From contig NW_027192199.1 of assembly GCF_041956535.1 (NCBI RefSeq), positions 675,741 through 739,740 on the forward strand: a stretch of DNA of 64,000 nt, read 5' to 3'. Within the stretch, counting starts at the first letter, position 1. Each line of letters begins with the position of its first letter. Positions 35,694 to 45,812 of the stretch are shown in pieces. The DNA is from Calcarisporiella thermophila CBS 279.70. Lineage: Eukaryota > Fungi > Calcarisporiellomycota. The position numbers and the translations under genes were made by a program. The notes under the pieces are model-generated. The model saw only the letters and a program-made list of their open reading frames with translations. It searched no databases and was not told where the DNA came from.

Positions 35694-36670
35694 TTAAGCA
35701 GAGAATTTCGATAGAATCTTATTTTCGCAAAGTGCTTGCTTGATTGCATATACTGTCTCTTCTGACACTCTATTACAGCTCAGATCAAGCTTCGTTAAAG
35801 TTGTATTCTCTCGAAGTGCTTGAGCAATTGCTTTTCCTCCAGCAGCTGATATATGATTCCTTCCCAGCCAAAGCTCAGTCAGCGTCGTGTTCTCATGAAG
35901 TACCTGAGCTATTGCTGTTGCTCCTTCGTTCGATATTCTATTATCGTCCAAATTAAGCTGCGTCAAAGCTCCGTTTTCTCTAAGCACATGGGCAATTGTT
36001 TTTATTCCTTCGGCTGATATATCGTTACCAGCCAGTCCAAGATACATCAAATTCGCGTTCGCCCGAAGTGCTCTGGCTATTGCTTTTGCCCCTTCAGCTG
36101 ATATGCTATTAAAACTCAGTCCAAGCTGCACTAAATTTGTATTCTCTTGAAGTGCTTGGGCAATTGCCGTTATTCCTTCTTCTGATATACTATTAAATCT
36201 CAAATCAAGCTGCGTCAAACTTGTGTTTTTGTGAAATGCCTGAGTAATGCTTTTGCTCCTTCAGTTGATATGCTATTGCAACCCCGGCCAAGCTGCATCA
36301 AAATCCTATTCCCTTGAATTGCTTGGGCAATTGCTTTTCTTCATTCAGGTCAAACAGCGTCAATGTCATATTCTCCTGGAGTGCTTGAGCATTGATTTCC
36401 CTTCTTCAGCTGAAATCCTATTTTCGCTCAGATCAAGCTGCGTCAAAATAATATTCTCTCGAAGTAAATGCGCAATTAACTCTCCTAACGATTCAATATA
36501 TGTCTTTCCTTAAATTTTTTTGGATTCATTAATAACAGCTTTACCAATAGCTCAGCGCTCAGTACTTCATCAATATCTGAAACCGCGGGATCCATTTCTT
36601 CTCCACTAAATTGCGTTTTTATGGTGCTCTTGGAATATTTGTTGGGAAACTGAGGGCCTTCTCCCATCAT
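35694..36670 (-). pseudogene. RI-like 28-aa leucine-rich-repeat gene, 5' part disrupted
   Basis: Repeats LTQLDLxxNxISxEGxxAIAQALxENxx. In-frame TAG at ~36485 and frameshifted repeats at 36220-36480; the C-terminal 174 aa remain open. Confidence 0.8.
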
Positions 36671-37169
36671 TATCTGAAAAATTTTTATATTGAAAAGGAG
36701 ATAAAAAATGCGAAAGACACCCAGGTTTTTAAACGCAGTATCTACGACTTCAGAATTTCCATAATCTTGGTAATTTACTGAGCCTTATCTCCTAATTTAC
36801 AAAAAGGGGAATGTTTGTCCATTTAATATGAGTTACATATATAGGTGAGTCATATAAAATCTTTATCGAGTCTGACTGGAGCTCGGTATGAACTGGGCTG
36901 TGGATGAATTTCTATTATAGCACAGATTTTTACACTTTAAAACTAAAAAAATAAATTCAGTTTAAGTTTATTGAAATATTGGATAAAATAAATACCAGTG
37001 ATATATTGGAACTTAAAGAGATTTATGCAACATACTCAGATGAAGGTAGCCGGTGTAATAATAAGAGAAATAATGCCTTGTAAGAAGCAGAAGCTTTTCC
37101 CTGTTGAATACCACCGAGCTCATTTATATTATCTACCGAGTAGAGAAATAGAAAGAAAAAAAATTATTG

Positions 37170-37760
37170 GTACATTCCAATACCATCGCCGCTTTAACCG
37201 CTCATTCTTTCATCGCGCCCTGTTTCCACCACCCGATCTCTTATCTTATTCGCACTCTCACAATTCGACTCCTATGACCCCCCTTGATATTAAATTTAGA
37301 ACACTTGGAGAGAGACTTAGAGGAAGCTCGGGTGTTAACGAAGTGGAATGAGATCCTGATTTATTCGCCAGAGTACCGAGTCGAGTGTGATTTGTGTATA
37401 TGCCCTACTGTTCGCGAAGATTCGGGAAAGTCTCCTAATATAAGGTTGCGAGCAGTAGCAGCTATTCTGGTATTGATACAGCTCTCTGTAAACTGCTACA
37501 CTGCTGTAAGCTTTGAGCATTCGAAAAACGTGCGACGAATTGTGTCTCTCAACTGGGTTATAATCCCAGACTAACTGCCCTCTGAACAGAGCACACTAGT
37601 GCCTCGATCCTGGCCAGAGGTTGTACCGACTACGCAGAATTGGGTAAAATGACCCAATAGCAACCAACTCTGGCGAAACGCAGCGCGCAACATTGCAACA
37701 ACTTCGTTGAAACGTTGATCTATTTGTGCTTGGGTTCTGACGGACGTCTTTTCCACCTGG
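37170..37760 (-). mobile_element. Degenerate 3' fragment of L1/Tx1-like non-LTR retrotransposon ORF2 (copy A); ends approximate
   Basis: Decayed zf-RVT-like knuckle ..QSWLLLGH..TSVLC..DTIRRTFFECSKLTAV*QF.. followed by RNLILGD..ITLDSVLWRI; contains stops and frameshifts. Confidence 0.65.
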
Positions 37761-37854
37761 AAGGATAAAAAGATTTTTTTAGTAGGATCTTTATTAAAAA
37801 GTATCCTTTTTCGTTCTTAATAAAGTGACTGGAGAAAGGAAAAATATCTCCCCA

Positions 37855-38065
37855 ATTTTTGTTTTTTTGGATCAATCAACTGGAACTTTTATTAGTTTGG
37901 GTGGAACTTGGATTTTGACAATTTATGTTAGCCCAGAGAGGGAGAGAAGAAAAGAAAGCAAAGAAACGCAAGGGGCTAAGAACATAGAGAAGGTGATAAA
38001 CATGGAGTAAGGGAATAAAGGTTAGATGTATATAGTGGTCGGGTATTTGGTGAGAGATATGAAGA
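37855..38065 (-). mobile_element. Short 5'-truncated retroelement 3' end with TSD AAAAWATCTCCCCA (37841-37854 / 38066-38079)
   Basis: Minus-strand tail AATAAAAGTTCCAGTTGATTGATCC(A)n nearly matches the SINE tail; flanked by a 14-bp direct repeat with 1 mismatch. Confidence 0.6.
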
Positions 38066-38079
38066 AAAAAATCTCCCCA

Positions 38080-38700
38080 TTTTTTTTATCAATAATGAGT
38101 CTTTATTGTATGCAAAGACTCTAATGTACAATAGTTACATTATTGAAAATAATTAAATGAAAGGGCGGCTAAGTATAGAGGCGGTATTGTGGTTGGGGTA
38201 AGTTGATGATAACGATTTTCAGCTCAGATAGGTAGGTAAGTAGTAAAACTAAACTAGCTATGGATATCATATAGTGACTTTATAAGTGAGATGGAAGGTG
38301 GAAGAGGAGGAAAAGAAGGAGTGGAAGTAGGGGCTACTGTGTCAATCCAGTACTAGAACCGCTCTATTAGCTCCTACCTTAATCACGCCCAATTTGCACC
38401 ACCTGCTTCGAAATTGTTCGATTTGTTGCTTTTTTCGGGCTCTAATTAGTTCGGCTCCTATAACCTCCTCTATATCCAGTTTGGCCCGGTTGACGATGGT
38501 TCCGGATGAGACTCGCATGTTTTCAAAATGAAAGGCAATATGATCCCGATGGATTTGCCACAGTACCGAGTCGAAGATAATTTGCGCTGCGTGATTTGCT
38601 GTTCGCTAGGATTTAGATAGGTCTCCCAATATGAGGTTGCGAGAACTCGGTACCTGAGAATTCTGGAGGCCTATAATGGTGACGATACACCTCTCTGCCC
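38080..38700 (-). mobile_element. Degenerate 3' fragment of L1/Tx1-like LINE (copy B) with 3'UTR and poly-A; 5' end approximate
   Basis: RNLILGD..AQIIFDSVLWQIHRDHIAFHFE..IEQFRSRWCKLGVIKV..VLVLD*. Nucleotide blocks are homologous to copy A (e.g. AGTACCGAGTCGA, GTCTCCyAATATrAGGTTGCGAG). Tail AATAAAGACTCATTATTGAT(A)8. Confidence 0.65.
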
Positions 38701-39040
38701 ACTGCAAAAAAAAATCTCTTCAAAATCAAAAAAATTCATTTTTCTATTTTTTATTGTTTTTTCAATGGTACAAAAATGTTAGAATCTGCGTAGTACATGC
38801 GAGGATAGTTAAGATAATTACTGGTTTATTAAACAAGAATACTATCTGGAACTTCGGATGTCTCCCTTTACTATAGCAGGAGTTCTGTTCAATATATACT
38901 AAAAGAATTACATTACAACGATTACTTAATAATGCTCCGATAATGCTCCGAAATAGCAGGGCTTGAGGGAATACGTGGCTTGGCTTGGTTGTTCTACTGC
39001 AGATATCTCGATACGATTCCGACAAAAAATGTCAATTCGG

Positions 39041-39057
39041 GCTCTAGTGGCGTAATT

Positions 39058-39097
<40 letters not shown>

Positions 39098-39114
39098 GAG
39101 TCCACCCTTGAGCG
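39041..39114 (+). tRNA. tRNA-Asn (GTT), identical to the copy at 34671-34744
   Basis: Same 74-nt sequence, followed by a T-tract terminator. Confidence 0.97.
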
Positions 39115-39654
39115 ATTTAATTTTTTTATTTTTATTTTTTATCAATAATACTAAAATACTCCTTCAGATATTGCATATATTCAAATCCTCCCATGAAAGT
39201 AGAGATTTTTGTGCCATCCTAATATATGTATATATGTGATTTTTTTGAAATGAATGGAAGGGTAGACTTTACGTTTAAATTAATCGTTTATACAGGAAAT
39301 GACACCGGTTGCTCGCATATTTTGAGTTTTATCATAAGAATCATAATTAACTACTTTAATTTAACCGGTATGATATACATCGTGTTTTATTTGCTTTAAT
39401 GATTATATTAGTTGTGAAATACATGGCAAGTTTTGCGGATTTTGGTATATCTTTAGATTTTGTAGTTAAAGTTTTTCCATAGCCTTCAGTGCCAAAATGA
39501 CACTTATTTCACTTGACATATATCTTTTGTAATAATATATAGTAAAAAAAAAAAAAAGCGAAAGAAAAAGGAAAGGAACTCATTTTTGCAGCCAATATTG
39601 GGCTATTTTTTCCTGTGGTTTTGATGTAATAGGTTCAATCGATCTTGCTGTCAT

Positions 39655-40462
39655 NNNNNNNNNNNNNNNNNNNNNNNNNNNNNNNNNNNNNNNNNNNNNN
39701 NNNNNNNNNNNNNNNNNNNNNNNNNNNNNNNNNNNNNNNNNNNNNNNNNNNNNNNNNNNNNNNNNNNNNNNNNNNNNNNNNNNNNNNNNNNNNNNNNNNN
39801 NNNNNNNNNNNNNNNNNNNNNNNNNNNNNNNNNNNNNNNNNNNNNNNNNNNNNNNNNNNNNNNNNNNNNNNNNNNNNNNNNNNNNNNNNNNNNNNNNNNN
39901 NNNNNNNNNNNNNNNNNNNNNNNNNNNNNNNNNNNNNNNNNNNNNNNNNNNNNNNNNNNNNNNNNNNNNNNNNNNNNNNNNNNNNNNNNNNNNNNNNNNN
40001 NNNNNNNNNNNNNNNNNNNNNNNNNNNNNNNNNNNNNNNNNNNNNNNNNNNNNNNNNNNNNNNNNNNNNNNNNNNNNNNNNNNNNNNNNNNNNNNNNNNN
40101 NNNNNNNNNNNNNNNNNNNNNNNNNNNNNNNNNNNNNNNNNNNNNNNNNNNNNNNNNNNNNNNNNNNNNNNNNNNNNNNNNNNNNNNNNNNNNNNNNNNN
40201 NNNNNNNNNNNNNNNNNNNNNNNNNNNNNNNNNNNNNNNNNNNNNNNNNNNNNNNNNNNNNNNNNNNNNNNNNNNNNNNNNNNNNNNNNNNNNNNNNNNN
40301 NNNNNNNNNNNNNNNNNNNNNNNNNNNNNNNNNNNNNNNNNNNNNNNNNNNNNNNNNNNNNNNNNNNNNNNNNNNNNNNNNNNNNNNNNNNNNNNNNNNN
40401 NNNNNNNNNNNNNNNNNNNNNNNNNNNNNNNNNNNNNNNNNNNNNNNNNNNNNNNNNNNNNN
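39655..40462. other. Assembly gap (N run)
   Basis: Run of N characters. Confidence 1.
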
Positions 40463-40480
40463 CAACAGTCAGTTCTCTCG

Positions 40481-40553
40481 GCCCAGCTAGCTCATCTGGG
40501 AGAGCGTTAGACTGAAGATCTAAAGGTACCTGGTTCGATCCCGGGGTTGGGCA
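40481..40553 (+). tRNA. tRNA-Phe (GAA)
   Basis: GCCCAGCTAGCTCATCTGGGAGAGCGTTAGACTGAAGATCTAAAGGTACCTGGTTCGATCCCGGGGTTGGGCA, followed by T tracts. Confidence 0.96.
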
Positions 40554-40973
40554 TGTATATTTTCTTCGCTTTTTTGATAACTTGAACAATGAATGACAAC
40601 CTTTGGTAGATAGATGCGGATATGGTTCAATAATAATTGGTTTGCGGAATAATTATAATTTTTTTTAAGTAAAATCAACAGAAAGTAGGAAAAAATTGGT
40701 ACATCTCCACGTTTCCAAAAAAAAAAAGCCAGCCTCAATAATAAAAAATAAAAATAAAATATATAGCCCTGTTGAATCAAATTGAAAAAAAAAAGAAAAA
40801 AAAGTTAAGGGGGAGAAAAAGAAAAAGAAAAGAGAAGTGTGAGATAAAGAAAAGAAGTTCCTAGAAGAATTTTAATCATGTCAAAATCTTGAATATAATA
40901 GACAGGAAAATAATAAAAAGAATCTAAATAAAATTTTGGAAATGTTAAGGTTTCGCTAAATAATCAATGCTTT

Positions 40974-42307
40974 TTAGTTTTGAGAAGGTCTGTCCACACC
41001 GCGACCCCGACCGCGGCCTCGATCTCCACCCCTTCCTCGTCCGCTAAACGAATTGCCTCGGCCCCCTTCCCGGAATCCGCGTCTATCTTGTCCACGACCC
41101 CGGAAATCGCCAGAGCGGCGTTTGTCCTCGCCCTCTTCGTACCGGCGTCCGCGGTTCTGCCGTTGACCCTGCACAGTCTTGAATCCCTCATCTTCCGATG
41201 ATGGTTGCTGCTGCTGCTGCTGCTGCTGCGGTTGCTGTTGGCGTGGCTGTGACTGCTGCTGCTGTGGTTGCGTGGGTTTTTGATCTTGGGCTGGCTGCTT
41301 CTGTTGTTGCTGTGAGGGCTGGGGTTTTTGTTGGGCTTGCTTGGCATCAGGGGGAGGTGCAGTTGTTCCCCGTGCCGTAGCCATGTTGTTACCCCACTGA
41401 TTCACATTGCGGGCCGCAAGATTTGCCCATGTCTTAGGTGCAGGAGGAGCAGCAGGCTGCGTAGGTTGAGCAGGCTGGGCTGGTTTGACTTCCGCCACCG
41501 GAGCCTGAGCAGGGGCCTTTTGTTCTTCTGTCCCCTTCTCCTCCTGTTTGGACTCTTCCGCTTCCTTTTTCGGCTCGATCTCCTTCTCTTCCTCTTTCTT
41601 CTGCTCCGCCTCCTTCTCTTCCACCTCCTTCTCGTCATTTTTGGCGGGCGTTTCAACTACGGCGGTTGCAGGTTCGACTTCTTCCTTCTCGCGCTCGCCC
41701 TCAACTTTCTCCCACTCCTCGTCTCCTTCAATCACTTCCTCCTCCTCCTCTTCCTCCTCCTCTGCATCCTTCAAGTAGCGGAAGATATCGTTCAGCACAT
41801 AATATCCATTCGGCTGCTCCGCAAGGAAGAAAGTCTGAGCGAATTTTTTATAAACCTCCCCGTCGTTCGACATCGTTCCAAGAACCTGAATAACAATACC
41901 GCCATTCGTCGAAGGCTGGCAATCGACATTGGAAACCCGTACCTTGCAGTTATTGAAGGATAGATCCTTGATTTTTGTTTGAATTTCCTATCAAAATAGA
42001 ATCAGCCGTAGTGGTAGTGATTAGTGATTTCCCCCTTGAGAGTGCATCATCTGCCACCTACTTGCTGTCCGTGGCATTGCTTCACCGACTCTCCCTCAAT
42101 TCCTCGGATCATACTCGATTTCTTCGAGTAGAAGCAGTGGAGCCTCTCGGGCTCGCGATTGAGGAATGTGTAGTACTCGTGCACAAACATCCATCCAACC
42201 TCGAAGGGGAGGATTTTATCCTGAGTTTGGCCAGAGGAGGCACCATTGGGCGTGGACACGGCAGTAGCTGGGCCATTTACGTTTGCAGTTGCGGTTGTGG
42301 ATGTCAT
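40974..42307 (-). CDS. G3BP/Bre5/Nxt3-like NTF2-domain protein with acidic, Q-rich and RGG regions; 2 exons
   Basis: VGWMFVHEYYTFLNREPERLHCFY..GQQ|EIQ..IVIQVLGTMSN..KFAQTFFLAEQPNGYYVLNDIFRYL; PKTWANLA motif; RG-rich tail. Confidence 0.9.
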
Positions 42308-43151
42308 TTTTATAAATTATTCCTTAAATTTAAAAAAGAAAGAATATATATAGGTAAAAAAAGCAATGTTTGTCCTAAAAAATAATATAGGATGAAATCC
42401 AAGATCAGTACATCAATCGGTGCCAACGACTAGAATGCGAAATCAGAGTAATGACGATTTACCTTTTGGATGACAGAGTAGGGAAAATACAATACCGCCA
42501 AAAGATGGCGCCTGGTAATCAATGGGGGGGGGGGGGGGGAAGGAATGATGTTTTTACATCCGTAGATCAAGTTGGGCTTCTGATATATATTTTTTCAATT
42601 ACAAACAAACATCATACGTCATCAATTCGAAGTGTCTGGTTCATCTTAAAGAGCACCTTTATCAGCTAGAATATACACTGTATTTTATTCAACGCTTCAA
42701 CCGGGAAAATAAAAACAATAAAAAATAAATTTGCATTAGAAGACAAGAGATAATGATTTAAAAGAGCGAACATAGACAGGATAAAACAGATGCTATCTCT
42801 TTGAGAAGTTATAGTATAGACAAAAACAATTGAAAAAATGAGTGGAGAAGAGTCCTGACTAAATAAAGCGGTAAAGAAATTGCCCAAGACTAATATCGAT
42901 GCAAGTGGGCGCAAGTATTGACACGAGAGAAATGCTTTTAAAATTACAGGAATAAAAGGAGTGAAGGTGAAAAGGAACGGAAGGAGAAGTGAGTTATGTA
43001 TCAATGAAAGTGGATGTGTGTATGAGTGCGAATGCGATTGTGTATGTAGGTGGATGCGGAGTATGCAATGGTGTGTGTGTACGTGCGCGTGGAGAAAAAC
43101 GAGAAAAAAAAAAGTTGGAATGGGCAAAGCCAAGAGATGGAGCCGCGTCAA

Positions 43152-45114
43152 TTATTCGACATAAACCACGAGTTTCGTTGCATCCTCCTGCAGCGCAAAC
43201 TTCAGGTCTTCATCACCCTCCAACGGGACAAGCAGCCCATTATCAGGGTGCCGCCACCACATTGCGCTCGTGGCCGCAAGATGCCCAATGCTCTCTTCTA
43301 GCTTCTCCTCTAGGCCATTATAGGTCACATCTAGAAGCCTGACGACATAGATGTCCTCTTCATGCATGATTTTGACTTTGACGGCTTCTCCCATCTTGCG
43401 TTCCCGTCGGCTTGTTCGGTCGTTTGGTTTAACCTGCGTCATCCTCTTATCTTCGACAGAATCTTCAAATAGTGCTCTAGCTCTCTCCCGGTTCGTCCTC
43501 ACATCTCTATCATCTTCCCTCTCCCTCTCAGCTTCTTTTTCTCTCTCCCTCTCCCTCACCCTCTCCCTTTCTCTTTCTCTCCTAGCCTTTTCCCGCTCTC
43601 TTTCTTTCCTTTCCCTTGCCCGTTCCCGTGCCCTTTCATTCCAATCATTTTCCCGCTCTGATCTCTCTCTCCGTTCCATTTCCTTTCCTCGTCGTTCCCC
43701 CGATCCTCTTCGACCTTCTTCGCTTCCGCGTCGCTTCTCTTCACTTCCCCTTCGCTCCTCCTCATACCCACTATCATGGGAGGATCGCATCAGAATTCCC
43801 CCGACTTCAATGTCGGTGTCCCGCACCCCGAAGAGCATCTCCATCACCGGATGCTCGAGGATATTCCGCGGCAATTCACACAGCTCTTTCAAGTATGAGT
43901 TCAAATCGGCTAGTCTCTCCATGGCAACCTCTTCGGATGCATCATCGTCCGGACCAATAAGGTATGGAAGGGTCCGAGGCTGGTCGTGTTGGCCGGCTTC
44001 GCGCGGAAATTGGGCCAGCAGGGCTAGATGGAAGCGGTAAAAATCTGCGTAGGAACGGTAGAAAAATTGGTGGCGGTTGCTGGTAAGCACCGTATGCACA
44101 AGGTACACGTAGTGGTTCTCTGAAAACAAGTAGGATTCGACACCAGCGGTACAAATTTTGCGAGTGCTGTGTCTTGATTCTGCTTCATTTAGTTTGGGCG
44201 GAGGGGGCGGGGGAGGCGCGGGCACCGACATGGGCGAGTAGGCTGAGGACGCGGTGTTGTAGGGAAGAATAGCGCCCCTCAGGGCCTCAGGTATCTGCGC
44301 AAGGGGAATGCTTTTCTCTTCGTATCCTCTCGCCATCTTTTTCCACTCCTCTACCGCAGGCAATCCTGCCTTGCGTCCGTCGATGGATCGCCCTGTGTTG
44401 GGGTCACGGACGTTGACAAAGCTGCAAGGAATCAAGCCTGGCCCTCCCAGCCGACTGATGGGCTTTGCAACAAACCACTCATAGTTGCAGTGTGCCATCA
44501 CAACAATATACTCTCCCTTGAAGGCATCCAGTTCATCTTCTCGCTCTGCTTGAAAATCGAATAGCTACACGGCAACAACACAAAGAATGAGTCAGCTTCA
44601 AAACCATGGAGCAAAGATCATTAATACTCACCACCACACCATATAGTGTATTATACATGCCATTCTGGTGGTTGGGGTGAATGGCTTTCTTCTTTTTCCC
44701 TATAATTATGACAAGCCAGTCAGAAGTTAGCACACACAGGTCACAGTTGTTCCATTTCCGAATTCAAAGCAACCAACCGTTTCTACGATTCTGCTCTTCA
44801 AGCCCACACCACACTAGGTCGCTCCGATTAATGGAGTCGCTCTTCTCAAGCACCTGGAAATGATCCCGTGGAACCATGCCGCCGACTCGTGCGGCCGGAT
44901 TCCAGACTTCGTACCAGTGCCGTGACTCGCCCACCACATGAAAGAATTCGCCTGCTTCGAAAGAAATTTCCCCCAGGCGCCGGGCGTTTCGGGAGAAGAG
45001 CGCCTTAATGACGCGTTGAGGCTGGGGAGGGAGTGGGGAGGTGGAGGGAATGACCGGAAAGGGTGCCGAGATAGTCGATTTATCTATTGAACCGTGCCGA
45101 TCTCTTGATGGCAT
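43152..45114 (-). CDS. BEM1: Polarity scaffold Bem1/Scd2-like (SH3-SH3-PX-PB1), multi-exon
   Basis: SH3 VIKALF..EISFEAGEFFHV..WYE..GMVP; SH3 LFDFQAEREDELDA..EWFVAKPISRLGGPGLIP; PX YRSYADFYRFHLALL..FP; PB1 VKVKI..DEDL. Confidence 0.88.
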
Positions 45115-45812
45115 GGCGGAAGATGCAGTTCAATGAATGAATGTATGAATGAGTGAGCAGGAGAAGGAAAGTGAGTGAACGAAGCAGCAATATGAAACAG
45201 GAGAGAAAAATGGGAACGGGGCAAGGGGAAGAGGGCTTGGTCAGGTTCACCGGCGAGCTTTTGGGAATGATTTGACCAAGAGCGCTTGTTTTGCTGCATT
45301 GTAGGCACAAAAAATTAAGCCGATCTGAACGAGACCCGTGTTCGATTTAATAACCGAATGGGTCCATGGGTGAGAGGTTGGCCACCACACAAGGGCGATG
45401 ACGTTGCAGTCAGGGAATCCGAATTTGCTTGATCGTCAGTGCGTTAGGGTTCGGAGTGCACAATTCTGCGGGTGTGGAGAGGGCTGTGATTGGAATAAGG
45501 CGACATAATTTCCTTATATTGTGGTGACGGTATCATTGTTTAATTAAAACCAAGAAGAAAAGGGCAAGAGTACAGGAGCCAAGGCATATACCTGTGAAGG
45601 GAGAAACGAACTAACAAGATGCACAAATTAAATAATGGTTTCGAAATCTTTTTTGTTTGGCTAATATCTAATAAATAGGTGAAAAAAATAGAAAATAGCG
45701 GCAGGGAAAAGCGCAAAAGCAAATAGATATTGAATTTGTCTGGGAAAAGCGTAAAAGCATTTGGTATGTCATTAACAAGAAGAAAAAGCCCGCTGAAACC
45801 ATGGTCCCAACT

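Noticed and set aside
39121-39150. Another retroelement tail (minus-strand ATTATTGAT(A)n) just after tRNA-Asn
   Set aside because: A short AT-rich match that coincides with the Pol III terminator; no AATAAA upstream of the motif, and no TSD or body is evident.
39635-40589. Long ORFs in the ORF track
   Set aside because: Artefacts of the N gap.
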